A DNA stretch of 64,000 nucleotides, from the NCBI GenBank assembly GCA_951406725.2, contig OX597818.1, forward strand, positions 106,888,001 through 106,952,000, read 5' to 3'. The translations under genes were made by a program, and so were the position numbers. Source of the DNA: Octopus vulgaris (lineage: Eukaryota). The notes under the pieces were generated by a model, which was given only the letters and a program-made list of their open reading frames with translations, had not been told where the DNA came from and searched no databases. Shown here in pieces: positions 1-12,999 of this stretch; within the stretch, counting starts at the first letter, position 1; each line of letters starts with the position of its first letter.

Positions 1-1125
1 ATACATACGTGCATACATGCATACACACATACATACATACATACATACATACATACATACATGCATGCATGCATGCATACATACATACATACATACATAC
101 ATGCATACATACATGCATACATATGTACATACACACATACATACATGCATACATACATACATACATACATACATGCATACATACATGCATACATATGTAC
201 ATACACACATACATACATGCATACATACATACAAACATACATACATACATGCATACATACATGCATACATACATACATACATACACACACATACACAAAT
301 ACATACATACATGCATACATACATACATACATACATACATACATGCATACTTACATATATACATACATACCTACATACATGCATATATACATACATGCAT
401 ACATACTTACATACATACATTCATACATGCATACATACATACATACATACATACATACATACATGCATACATACATACATGCATGCATACATACATACAT
501 ACATTCATACATACATACATTCATACATATATACATGCATGCATACATACATACATACATACATTCATACATGCATACATACATACATACATACATACAT
601 ACATACATACATACATACATACATACATTCATACATGCATAGATACATACATACATACATGCATATATACATACATGCATACATACTTACATACATACAT
701 TCATACATACATACATACATACATACATGCATACATGCATACGTACATACATACATACATACATACATACATGCGTGCATACATACATACATTCATACAT
801 ACATACATACATACATACATGCATACATACATATATACATACATACATACATAGATACATACATACATGCATATATACATACATGCATACATACTTACAT
901 ACATACATTCATACATACATACATACATGCATGCATACATACTTACATACATTCATTCATACATTCATACATACATACATACACACATACATACATGCAT
1001 ACACACATACATACATACATACATTCATACATACATACATGCAGACACACATACATACATACATGCATACATACTGTACATACATTCATACATCCATACA
1101 CGCATGCATTCATACATATATATCA
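1..1125. repeat. (TACA)n-based compound microsatellite array, truncated by the window start
   Basis: Continuous ATAC/ATGC/ATTC tetramers; accounts for all His/Thr/Tyr/Ile and Met/Tyr/Val/Cys ORFs here. Confidence 0.97.
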
Positions 1126-2031
1126 TGTAAGTGTGTATATCGCTAGATAGTATAGATACACAGAACAAAGAAAAAAAGGAGAACAAAGGGGAGTGATGTT
1201 ATGAAGAGATTATTCTAAGCATATTGAAAAGAAGGGATAATCATAAATAATAAGGAGAAACTGGGAACAGAAACAATAATAAAATACACAAACACAAATG
1301 AATAAATAAATGTAAATAAAATAAATAAGCAAATAAAAACAACATAAATAAAAAATAGAAAATTATAATGTGGAGAGGTCCAAATTGCAGGATATATCTT
1401 CTTTTGTTGAAAGTTGTGACTTGAATTCATAGTGCGAGTCTAATAATAACAATGGAAAGATTAGTAGAGATAGAATAAAGTGAAATTAGAGTTATTAGTC
1501 TTGGGCTGATCAATGTTAATGTCAATGACCCACTAACGTTCAGGGGAAATATGGAAAATACACAGAGCCGTCAGTAGTTTTTGAATAATGAGTGATGTGT
1601 TTATGTTGATGCTTCATTCTGGTAAAGGATAAAGTTTATACGCTAGTAGAAGGCATTGTGCGAGGACAAATGCAACAGTGAAAGGTGTTTCACAAATAAG
1701 TATTCTATAAAGATACAAGATAAAGAATTCTATATTGTGCATAATATAGAATGAACGACATTTTGGATCTTAGTAGTTAATGGGGGTAGAAATGAAAAGA
1801 AACCCATAGTAAATAGGGTTTGATTGAGAGAAGAAACTTAGAAGGTTATGTTGAAAACATGGGACGGAGTGGTGAAAAAGGATCTACAGATGCTGGGACT
1901 CACAGAGGGTGTGACAGAGGACGAAGACTTCTGGTGGTTTGTCGTGCTTGGAAAGGCATATCAAACTGTGGTTGTCCTTGCATACAGGCTCACTCCCTGA
2001 AACCCTCTCCAGTTGAACATCTCCAAGACTA

Positions 2032-2265
2032 ATGGAGAAAGTAGTCTTTCCATGTGGCAAATGTTCAGGAACATCAAACACCAGCAATGTACAGAAAATA
2101 GACTTCCTCATATGCCAGAGTGGATCCCTAGAAGTAACAGACAATTTCCATTACTTAGGTAACCAAGTTAGTAGTGGAGGTAGTTGTTTCGAAAACAGCA
2201 GCTAGAATAAGAATAGGCCGGATGAAGTTCAGAGAGCTGCTACCCCTTTTAGTAATGTAGGTCTT
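2032..2265 (+). mobile_element. RTE-clade LINE fragment (end of RT region), frameshifted
   Basis: Translates VFPCGKCSG...LEVTDNFHYLGNQVSSGGSC/AARIRIGRMKFRELLPLL; homologous to the minus-strand copy at 33789-34060 (ARIRIGRVKFRELL). Confidence 0.85.
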
Positions 2266-2631
2266 CATTACTAACAGGAGTAGAAGCTCTTTAAAAGTTG
2301 TGTCCCCGCGAATGATATTGTTGTTTGTCTTTTTCTTGACAAGTCATCCACTTGTTTCATGCTTTCAAAGATGTCTAGAAAAGATCTCTATCTTGATAAG
2401 CAGGTCAGGTTTATTGAAGGGGTGGTTATCCAGTGCAAAGCAATGCTTCTATAATATATTTTCATCTAAACCATGCTAGGATGGAAAAATAAAAAACAGA
2501 TTTAAAAACAAAGAAATGCATGCACAAAAACACATGCTTAGGTCACTAACTATTGTGGCTGATAATTCTTCTAATGACACATGGTCTGCAGTTATATATA
2601 ATAATAATAATAACAATAATAATAATTTTTC

Positions 2632-3022
2632 CTTTCCTTTAGCACTCCGTCGGTTACGACGATGAGGGTTCCGGTTGATCCGAATCAACGGAACAGCCTG
2701 CTCGTGAAATTAACGTGTAAGTGGCTGAGCACTCCACAGACACGTGCACCCTTAACGTAGTTCTCGGGGATATTCAGCGTGACACAGAGAGTGACAAGGC
2801 TGGCCCCTTGAAATACAGGTACAACAGAAACAGGAAGTAAGAGTGAGAGAAAGTTGTGGTGAAAGAGTACAGCAGGGATCACCACCATCCCCTGCCGGAG
2901 CCTCGTGGAGCATTTTTAGGTGTTTTCGCTCAATAAATACTCACAACGCCCGGTCTGGGAATCGAAACCGCGATCCTATGACCGCAAATCCGCTGCCCTA
3001 ACCACTGGGCCATTGCGCCTCC
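2632..3022 (-). mobile_element. tRNA-derived SINE (family C1), full length
   Basis: Minus strand begins GGAGGCGCAATGGCCCAGTGGTTAGG (A box) ... GGTTTCGATTCC (B box); 3' half shared with 26420-26606; (AAT)n on both sides. Confidence 0.85.
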
Positions 3023-3024
3023 AC

Positions 3025-3113
<89 letters not shown>

Positions 3114-3121
3114 TGATGATG

Positions 3122-3168
<47 letters not shown>
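3025..3168. repeat. (AAT)n microsatellite with short (GAT)n interruption
   Basis: Direct reading. Confidence 0.97.
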
Positions 3169-3990
3169 CTCTCATTCCGCCTTTCTTCTTTAATCATTGC
3201 AGTTATTTGTCTTATCTGTGACATCATCAATGATACCATCTTCATTTAATTTTTATTTCCTTTAGCACATGTCAACAAAAATACATTTTCTAAACAATCT
3301 CCCATCTTATTTATGTTATTTATATCATTATATATGAGATCTAAATCAGAAATTGATTTAAACTGGAAGCAGTTTCGATGATTATTGTTTACAACAAATA
3401 ATATTTGTTTGCACTTACATATGAAAAGAAACATAAATGTTACAAGCCTAAGACAGTAAGATATATATTTGTATCTTATCTCCTTTAACACATGATCAAC
3501 CTCTCAAGTGTATCTGGTTCCACAACTTCCCTAAAATTTTCAGAATCACTGTGAATTATGGGCTTTACAGTTTCCAGTCATTTCTCCAGATGTTACCAGT
3601 AAACAATTCTAAAGCTACATAAGGTGTACTAGCCATCTGAATGTGGCTAGCCACTGGGAGTGGGGTGTTACTGATGCTTTTAGCCCCAGGCGATCAACGT
3701 CACCAGATGGACTTTAGACACTATCTCAGTGCCCTTGTGTTATTTGCAAAGGGAGGTCATCCTCCCTCGAAGACCTAAGTACTACATACGCACTATAGTT
3801 TCAAGGTAATTGCCTCTCGTCAACGCATGGTAAGCACCGGTCTTCGATGAAGGAGTCCCCTTGCAAATAATATATAATGTTTTTCACAGCAACCACTTAA
3901 TCTCCAAAACTAAGCTTCCACTTCAGGCTCAGAACATATTTCACTCAGGATCAGTTGCTGACTGTTTTACAAACTTAAATGAGACGTCTG

Positions 3991-4927
3991 TTACTTCTGC
4001 CTTACCAAAGATGGAGGTATTGCTTTCAGTGGTGTTTGTTTGTCCGTGGGACAAGATGTCTCAAGAACTGCTGCATGAATTTAGATGAAACTTTCAGAGA
4101 TATTTGGTCTCATAACTGGCACAAATTGATTAGAATTTGGAAGTGATCCAGTACCGGACAAAGATTCTGGATTACTTTTCTGTTTTTTTTACTTAATTTC
4201 TGAGATCAGTTGGGTTCATTTTTAGTATTCTCATTTGTGAGAGGAAAGGAATTTATTTCAGACATTCTCATTTTAAAAATGATCTCCATCTAATCGTTGA
4301 GAGGACGTTCATCATCATCATTGTTCGACCGTGGTCGAGACAATGGAATTTACCATGTTGCGCCAGACTTCACGGTCCATCATAGCATTACGGAGGTCCT
4401 GTTGCTGGATGCCTGTATCCCTGGAGATTACATCAGGGTAGGAGAGTGTGCGCCCTCTGGTGTTGCGAGTAGATGGCTTCCAGAGGAGAAGAGTAGAAAT
4501 TACTTCTTTTTCAGCTCTACAACAATGTCCAGCAAACTGGACTCTCCTACCCTTCACAAGAGATGACACAGGTGGTAATTTCCCATATATTTGCATTTTA
4601 GTTGGATGGCGCCTCCACGAGAGATTTTGAGCTCTCATAAGGAGGCGAGTGTAGGTTCCATCCAACCGCCTCTCAAGCTTCTTTGATAACGTCCAGGTTT
4701 CTGAGCCATATAGTAGGATTGGTTCGACTGTGGCTTTGAATATTTCAAGTTTGAAGTCTCTACTTAGATTTGATGACCAGATCTTATGCATGTCATTACA
4801 GGCTGACCAGGCCATACCCTTTCTAGTTAGAAAGTCTTTTCCAGATGATGATATGTATGACCCAAGATATTGGAGAGGACGTTGGTGTTGCCTTGGCGGA
4901 GGTTTACGCTCTCTGAGTGCTCTTGTT
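3991..4927 (+). mobile_element. Helentron-associated non-autonomous element (HINE/DINE-1-like), interrupted by an RTE insertion
   Basis: 5' TTACTTCTGCC...GGAGGTA subterminal palindrome, short GTTT/GTCC tract, 3' GGCGGAGGT subTIR, stem-loop ACGCTC-TCT-GAGTGC and terminal TTGTT; the two halves rejoin at the TSD. Confidence 0.7.
4310..4872 (-). mobile_element. 5'-truncated RTE-clade LINE with an uninterrupted C-terminal reading frame
   Basis: YLGSYIS...LLYGSETWTL...RRVQFAGHCCR...AMMDREVWR to stop at 4318; (TGA)n tail; TSD GAGAGGACGTT at 4299-4309 and 4873-4883. Confidence 0.93.
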
Positions 4928-5574
4928 ACATATTGTTATCATAAAATAAAATAATGGCAATCCATCTGACCGGAAACAATTCATTTCCAAACATGCAACA
5001 TTTACTGGCTCATTGAAACATTATCTTTTGTATCTTCTTCTCAAATTGCTATTGCAACAGGTTCTCTACTGAACTACCAAATTGCATATCCCCTTCAGTT
5101 TAGCTAACCTAACACATCCCCTCCCACCCTGTCTTCCCCTCACTAGTTGACTCATTAATATACTTATACTGATGACTATCAAAGATTCCCCTTTCGATAC
5201 CCTACAACCAGTTCCAGCCCTATCTTTTGTTTCTCTACTGACCACCTCTCTTTAGAACCTGCACTCTACACATCATCTCCACTCAAGCCTGCATGTTACA
5301 TCCATTAATCCTCTTCTCATCACTCCTAATTGTATCTCTACCATGTTCTAAACTCTTTTCCAGAGCTCTACCATTCTTGTATTATGTCTCAATAATTTAC
5401 AGTTAAGGATTATACATGTCCCCCTTTACCCCCTGACTAACTAATATAAAAAAATGTTACTGTTTTTTTTTTTACTTAAATTTGTAATAATTCGTATGAT
5501 GTTGAACAAATATTTTAAAAGAATTCCACCTAATTATTCAAATTAGCATGAATTGAACAGTAAGTAGTATGAAC

Positions 5575-6010
5575 TGGTGTGACTGTGTAATAAGAAATTT
5601 GCTTCCCAACCACATGGTTTGGGGTTCTATTCCACTGCATGACACTTTGGCCAAGTGTCTTCTACTACAGCCTCAGGCCAACCAAAGCCATGTCAGTGTA
5701 TTTGGTAGCTGGAAACTGAAAGAAGCCCATCGTATTTATATAGCTGTGTGTGTGTGTGCGTGTGTGTGCATGTGGTCATGTGTGTGTCTTTGTGTCTGTG
5801 TTTGTCCTCACCCCTGTTTTACAACCAGTGTTGGTGTGTTTACATCCCTGTAGCTTAGCAGTTTGGCAAAGGAGTCCAACAGAATAAATACCAGGCTTAA
5901 AAACATAAGTACTGGACTTGATTCTGTCAACTAAAATTCTTCAAGGTGGTGCCCCAGCATGGCCACAGTCCAATGACTGAAACAAGTAAAAAAAACAGAA
6001 GATAAAAGAC
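5575..6010 (+). mobile_element. SINE family A (tRNA-like head, CORE-like segment, internal (TG)n, A-rich tail)
   Basis: GCTTCCCAACCACATGG...GGAAACTGAAAGAAGCC...(TG)n...CAGCATGGCCACAGTC...GACTGAAACAAGTAAA; at least 8 copies in the window. Confidence 0.88.
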
Positions 6011-7109
6011 AAAATATTTAAATGTCTGACAAATGACTTGTGTCTGAGATTAAATTCTTAACAACTAAATCCCCACAGATTCACCCTCTTCCCACTATGA
6101 AAAACATGTGAAACGGCACTTAATGAAACTGTCTCCAAACTCTTCTTAAATATGTTCATTATTTGTGACATTATTAAAGTTAATCTGATAAAAACAAATA
6201 ATAAGAGTGGATTTAGACTATAGGATCGATAATTATGAGTACGTTGCTGAATGGTATTTAAAAAAAAAAACAGAACATGATTGACTGATCAGGTGCCGCT
6301 CTCTGGAATGCTTCTTTCCATGTTTGTTTGGAATCTGAAATATTATTGGTTTGGTTGATTTTGGTTTGATTCAGCCACTATTTTGATTTATTTGTTTCCC
6401 ACTCATTCTTTGGCTAACATTTTGTTGTTAATCATATCAAACTGAGGTTTAGTCAAATACCCCGAAAGAAAGGTCACTGACAATTACACAAACAAATAGC
6501 ATTCTAATTGGGGAGAAAAAAAAAACAAAAAAGAGAAGAAAAGTTTAATTGAGGAGAAAGATTAAACCTAGAGCAGAGTTCAAAGAGAAAAAGTAATGGA
6601 AGTGCAGTCGTTAACGAGGAATTTGATGTATGGGAGGTGATCTGTGGAATCATTAACTGAAGAATGGGTGGAGTTGCTAGTGATGTGGGGATTCTGGTAA
6701 AGGTTGGCTGAAGGAAGGATTGCTAATAAAGTAAGAAGCAAGTGAAGAGAAACAATCTAATGTTGGAGAAATCTGGAATTTATGATGGAAAGGAAGAAAT
6801 TATTAACGAGGCAATAGTGTTTATGATTATGTAACAGGTAAATTAAGAAAAGCGAAAACCAGCATCTGGTTTTAGAAAGTAATTCTGTAATTGATGATAC
6901 TATTTTCTGTTTATAAGTGTGAAGTCATAACCTTTGTGCTTTGCATTGACCTCAAGTAATCCATTTATTGTATTCCACAGACAATATTGGTTTTTGTTTT
7001 TTATTAATGATGTTATGTTCTCAGATCTATTACAATACTTTCTAATATCAAATGTAATACAATGATACTTTCTGACACATTTTTATACCGATGAGGCTGA
7101 GGGTGCTTG

Positions 7110-7146
<37 letters not shown>

Positions 7147-7494
7147 AACAATGAAAATAGTTCTACAACACGAAATGTTTGTGTAATTTAAATTTCAACT
7201 TTTGTAACAAGGTCACGAGGCAGAATCAGCTGAATCAAACCTCAGCGTATGACTGCTATGTATTTATTTTATTAATTCTGAATGGATGAAAGGGGACATC
7301 AGTTCTGATAGGATTTGAACTCTGAATATGAAAAGAAGAAAAGAAATATTATAAATTATTCAGTTCAGTGCCTTCGTGTTCCTAGAATAACAGAAGATGT
7401 ATTGATATATAACACATACATCCAAAAACTAAATATACGTCTTTTAGTTCAGTGCTCTGATATCATAAACCAAAAAGGGAGCCTTTATGAAGTT

Positions 7495-7665
7495 TGTTGA
7501 TCTGCTGAAAATAGCAGCTGAACCTAATCACACTATCTTAAATTAAAAAAAAGTAATCACAATTAAAAAAGAGATGGAACAGTCAGGGAAACGGAGAATG
7601 CCCTGCATCAAGGGTCTGCTGGTTCAGCTCAGCTGGACTTAAACAAACAACAGCAACAGCAGTAA
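7495..7665 (+). repeat. Degenerate interspersed repeat with (AAC)n tail (family E)
   Basis: CTGCT(A)GAAATAGCA motif recurs near 41150 and 47170; related tail on minus strand at 57600-57670. Confidence 0.5.
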
Positions 7666-7840
7666 CAACAACAGCAACTATAATTCTAATAGTTGCAGGA
7701 TTTTAACCCCACCCCACACACACAGATATATATAAATATAGCATACTTAAATTTATTTCAGTTCTTCTGAAAAAAATCAACACAGCAAGGACGTGGTACA
7801 TGCAAAGTATTAAAAGACACTCAGGAAAGGAAAGAAAGGT

Positions 7841-7877
7841 TGTTTTACATTTCGAGCAAAGCTCTTCTTCGGAAACA
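7841..7877 (-). ncRNA. Degenerate minimal type-I hammerhead ribozyme motif (PLE pLTR type)
   Basis: Minus: TGTTT-CCGAAGA-A-GAGC-TTT-GCTC-GAAA-TGT-A-AAACA; stems I and II pair, two core-region substitutions. Confidence 0.55.
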
Positions 7878-8342
7878 GAAGACAGGGGAAAGTCCAAGAG
7901 AAAATAAAGACAGAGGAAAAAAAATCACCAACAATCCATATGTTGTTGTTACATTGGCTGTTCTAACACTTTAGCCTCACCATTGTCTGTGGTAAGGCCA
8001 TGAGCATGCTGGATTGCTTCCGGGGGTTCCATTGATCCTTGTGGTGTACAACCGGATGAGGCACCTGGTGTGGAATCGATGATTTTTCTATTTCTTTTCT
8101 CCCTCTCTTTTTTCCTGTTTTTTTTCCTTTCTTTTCTTTCTTTCTTCACTCACGTTCGTGTTTTCTTCAGTTTTGGATTTGTATTTTAATGTGATATTCT
8201 ATTATATTTGTATCATACTCTTGCACACTTACATTTGTATTTTTAAATGCACAAGGATTCTGGTTGGTTTGTCAGTATTTTCAAAAGAAAAAACAATTAA
8301 TGATTGTAAAAAAACATACACATGTGAGTGTGCATATGTTTG

Positions 8343-8383
<41 letters not shown>

Positions 8384-9454
8384 TCCATCTAGCTCTTGCA
8401 TGCCTGGAAAAGTGAACTTTAGAATGGTGGTTATGATGGTCTATACAATTGCTATGTTTCGATAGATCCATATTTATGTAACCATCTAAAAATACCATTT
8501 TGACAAATATTGCAGGTGATTAATGCAATTGTGTGTCCAAACCTTCTCAGTTCTTTGATTGCAAATTATATCTCATAGATTTCTACAGCTTTTGTTAAAT
8601 ACTCTTAAATATACTCCTCTTCAGTAAAATAAGAGCTGATTAAACTCTTTGTACTAAACTCCTAGCATCCTTTTTGAAAACATTTTTTAGATGGAGTAAG
8701 TAGTATAAAACAAAAAAAAGAATGGTAGAAATTTTTAAAATGTTAGGAGAACACACGACTGTATGCACTTAATGTGGAAAAGATCTGGCAGTGTGAATAT
8801 TCCATCAGAATAAATGTTTATGTTGTGTTGAAGATAGATTAATCCTGACTTAATCTTGCCAGAATTTATTTAAAAGTTTACTGATGACTGGTAATTTTAT
8901 ATCAAGGCAGCCTGCCAATGTTGGTAAGAGTGCAGGTAGAATCAGTTTGATCAGCTGGAGCTTACCTCTTGTATCTAGTTTATCGACATTCAGAAGAGAA
9001 GGATGCAGTCGATGCTGAGTGGATTTGAACTTGCATCAGTGAAGTTTGGCATTAAAAATCTGTTAGTGCAACAGTCTAGTCTCTTGACTCTCATCACCAC
9101 TTTTATTATTAACGACTAATGGATGAGATCTACTTGATTGGAAGTTCAGTAATTAATTTGAAAAAATTAAATAAATTGACTGTGAGATTAACATTTTGAA
9201 GCAATCACAGAGTATGATAGTCTCTTTGAAATTTTGCTAATGTCAAATGCAATTGCTCTGTCTTCGTTATGCTGCTCCATCTTTATGAGTTATCTGAAGC
9301 TGTGAAGCAATTCATCTGAGTGACAGGCTTTCATTGTATTAACTTGCAATGGATTCCCTCCGGATCATAGTCTGATGCAGTTCAAGATAAATACCATCCG
9401 ATTGGCTTCATCTTTCTCATGTGCAACATTGTAAAAAAAATAAACAAAATAAGC

Positions 9455-9622
9455 AGAACCAAGAAGAAAACTGAACAGAGCAAAGACAGAATCATCTCAT
9501 ACAGTAACTGCATTCAAGTCACCCTGTGTACTTACCCGAGAACCAAGAAGAAAACTGAACAGAGCAAAGACAGAATCATCTCATACAGTAACTGCATTCA
9601 AGTCACCCTGTGTACTTACCCG
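9455..9622. repeat. Perfect 84-bp tandem duplication (2 copies)
   Basis: 9455-9538 is identical to 9539-9622. Confidence 0.95.
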
Positions 9623-10061
9623 GGAGAATATCCAGCCAGTATCATTGAATATGGCAACGGGATGGAAAGGAGTTTATTTAGGATGCAGGAAAGGAACAGG
9701 AAATGAAGATATCCTTTTGCTAAATTGTTTCTGTCTTTTCTGCAATAGAAATGTCACTGGCAGATCATTACACGAAATAGCACCCCATGGTGGGACCTTG
9801 AACGGCTTCCCTGACTAATCCTAACTTGCAGCAATGTCTAAAGAATCAGCTGGAGATTAAAGGTTTGTGGAGAAAAAAAAATACAAGTCAGAAATAACTA
9901 TGTGCATCTGTGTGTGTATGCGGTGTATGTGTTTGTGTATATGTGCGTAATGTGTACAAGTTATCCAAGAACAAGAATTAACAAGGTCTACAATCTGTCT
10001 TCCTCTAATTCTGAGTGGCAAAATGGTTCTTATAAAGTAGAATATGTGTACATTTAATAGG

Positions 10062-10100
10062 ATAATAATAATAATGATAATGATTACAATAATAATAATC

Positions 10101-10166
<66 letters not shown>

Positions 10167-10199
10167 GTGATAATAATGATGATGATGATGATGATGATG

Positions 10200-10236
<37 letters not shown>

Positions 10237-10262
10237 TGATGATGATGATAATAATAATAATG
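10062..10262. repeat. (AAT)n/(GAT)n compound microsatellite
   Basis: Direct reading. Confidence 0.96.
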
Positions 10263-10437
10263 AAAACCTCAGAAATAGCCTATAATCTAGGTGTATTGCA
10301 AAAGTCAGCATTCCTTGGAACTGCACGTATATTGCTTAAAGTACTGTCTGTCTGAGGTCCTTGTTGTGACTTGACAAACAGCAGACACAACATCTTCAAT
10401 GAACAACCTCATGATGTTGTATACTGTGTGACGTCTA
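10263..10437 (+). mobile_element. Extreme 3' end of an R4/Dong-clade (RLE) LINE within (TAA)n
   Basis: LQKSAFLGTARILLKVLSV* matches the R4/Dong C-terminal motif; short 3' UTR then (TAA)n. Confidence 0.75.
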
Positions 10438-10511
10438 TAATAATAATAACAATAATAAGAATAAGAATAAAAATAACAACAACAACAACAACGATAATAA
10501 TAATAATCAGA

Positions 10512-10626
10512 GGAAGGAAGAAGAGGAGAAGAAGAAGAAGAAGAAGAAGAAGAAGAAGAAGAAGAAGAAGAAGAAGAAGAAGAAGAAGAAGAAGAAGAAG
10601 AAGAAGAAGAAGAAGAAGAAGAAGAG
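10512..10626. repeat. (GAA)n microsatellite
   Basis: Direct reading. Confidence 0.97.
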
Positions 10627-11167
10627 ATAAGTATAATGTGGGAGATGCAAACAGAAACAATCTTCATGATATATGTGTTAAAATATGCAGACAAATATTT
10701 TGCCAAAATCCTATGATAGTTACATGTGATATTCCTATGATACCTTAATTTGATTTTTTAATTCAGCAGAGGAACAAAATAAATAAATGGATAAATAAAT
10801 AAGAAGCATGAATATGGCCAAGTTAGTGAGTGCCAAGTTATTGAGCAAAATGTAATAGAAACACTCAGAAATAAATCTCATTTCTTTTGCTACAAGAGTT
10901 TAAAATTGTAATTTAAAGACATGTCTTACAATGGGGTTTACAAAGTATGTGGGCCTTATACATATAGTGGAACCAGTCTTATCTGCAAAGGGTTGAGAAA
11001 CTGACTGAGGCAAAATAAGGGCTGCCCACAACATTAACCATTTTCTTTTTTAATTACTTTCTAGAACCTGTCCTCTGATGTTGTTCCCAAGCATCACCAG
11101 TGGCAGAATCATACACATCCTCTGAGCAGCACTCAGCTGCCATTAGTTTTTATTGATATATAAAAGA

Positions 11168-11385
11168 TTCCTGTACCAGTGGCACATAAAGGGCATCCAC
11201 ACCAATGGGCACCCATGCTGGTGACATGTAAAAGGCATCCAGTACACTCTGTAATGTGGTTTGCTTTAGGAGGGCAATCAACCATAGAAAAGACCAAACC
11301 AAAATTGACAAGTGGAGCTTGGTGCAGCTCTCCAGCTTACCAGCTCCAGTCAAACTGTCAAACCCATTCCAGCATGGACAATGGA
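11168..11385 (+). mobile_element. RTE 3'-UTR-type repeat (family D)
   Basis: CCAGTGGCACATAAA...GTCAAACTGTCAAACCCATTCCAGCATGG; same sequence is the 3' UTR of the RTE at 33050-34070. Confidence 0.75.
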
Positions 11386-12955
11386 GATGTACTTGTTCTC
11401 TATCCCCTATCAACCAACACTGTATTTCTTTCATTGGTTCTTAGCTTCTTCATCAGATTGACTTGGTTCTGGTTGTTATTTGGGGCACAAAGGAAATTCA
11501 GATTCTCAGGAGAAGATTGTATTGTGAGGGTCTCCAGAATCCAGCATACCTTCACACTAGCATTTTTTCGTTTTTTGTGCTGTCCCTGCTGGTTTTCCAC
11601 CTTTCCAGGCCTATCTTTTCTCTGCCAGCATTAAGAAGGAACAGCTGCCCAGAGCCTTATTTTTTCTTGATACTTTATCTCAATGATCCCTGGTGAAAGT
11701 TGTAGCAAGGATTCACTCTGGTTCTCCTTGAAGTTTCCTTCAAAAGGGCAGTTAAAGCAGTTGTAGCAGAAGTAGTTAGGGGTCACCAGCTGTTTGCCTC
11801 TCCTTCTTCTCTGCTTTTTTTTTCTCTCTCTGGACTCTTGTTCTAATGTACTTCTCACTCCCGCATGTTCAGCAGCTTTTCTTCCCTGCACCTCTATTCT
11901 AACCGACCTTTTCTCAGCTCCTGTTATGTAGTGTAATCCCATCATAACCTAATGGACTTTGGGATGCTAAATATCAGGATATCTATCTAGACCCCACTTT
12001 TCCACATGTTGTGATGATACACCAGCATACAACAACATCATCCTATAGAGCCACAAAGTGGATTAAAAGCCAAGGGTCAGTAACTGTCACCATGTCTCTA
12101 ATCATGACTGTTGCATTACTATGTTTCTTTTATCCATGTTCTGTGACACCATTCTGTGAGAAGGCACATGACACACGAGCTCTGTCTGCCTCACTCTTAT
12201 ATAACAGCCAAATGCTTCCTTATGCCCTGTTCAAGTTACATTTATCCTTCAGAACCCAGGCCAGGGCTCTTGCTAATCCCTTTTTGAGGACATATCAAAA
12301 CTACATTGATCGTCTGGAAAACAGTGGTATACCCCTTTTTACTCATTCTTGAAGCCTCTTTGGGCAAGCAGTACCTCTTTCATAACTTTTCTTTTATTTC
12401 GAACGGTCTCGTGTCTATTTCAGGTTTGTAATTCTAGCGTAAAGATGAAAGGATCTTTTTCCTGCAGCTGTTCTTATTGTCATTTGAATTTGTTTTTTCA
12501 CCACTTTTTACTTTCATGCCTCTCAAATAATAACTATTTCTGCTTAAAATTTTGATTGTTCAATTTTTATATTGTTTTTCTGTTTTTTGTTAAAATCTGT
12601 CACTGTGTTTAGAAAATATAATGTTGGGGAATATTCCCTCATATCCCATAAATGGCCAGCACCAGTTCTTAAAGAAGAGTTAAATATAGCAGAGATGGCT
12701 ATATTTTAACTACAACACAAAGTGAAAATGAATATGTTTGCAGAAATAATGCACACAATAAAATATCTCATGATTAACTGTCTTTTCTACCCCAGGTAAT
12801 GGAGTGTATTCTGGAAAATTCCAATATCTTTTGCTGCTGGCAAAAGAAGCAAATAACAAATATTTTTTCCTTTGGAAAATCCTGAAAGAAATGATTGTTA
12901 AAATGGAGGATGTAAGCAGATAACTCATAAGTAAACAACAGTGAAAAGAAAATGA

Positions 12956-12997
<42 letters not shown>

Positions 12998-12999
12998 CT

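Noticed and set aside
9-1150. Long ORFs (281 and 377 aa) and the many poly-amino-acid ORFs across the window
   Set aside because: They are translations of stop-free microsatellites, open in several frames and on both strands.
1300-1860. Possible very old PLE linker/GIY-YIG on the minus strand
   Set aside because: Only scattered residues fit; not supportable without a translated search.
2945-3022. tRNA genes at SINE heads (also 38958, 49160, 26275)
   Set aside because: A and B boxes are present but there is no proper acceptor stem or T-run terminator, and each continues into a SINE body.
3650-3860. GC-richer segment that may be an interspersed repeat or LINE 5' UTR
   Set aside because: No second copy, promoter boxes or coding motif visible in the window.
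6540-6800. Possible APE endonuclease remnant (TDHLP) on the minus strand
   Set aside because: A single short motif in low-complexity purine-rich DNA.
8881-8890. Isolated CTGATGA words (also 5169, 45742, 58506, 63578)
   Set aside because: No paired stem II plus GAAA plus stem I context; expected by chance.
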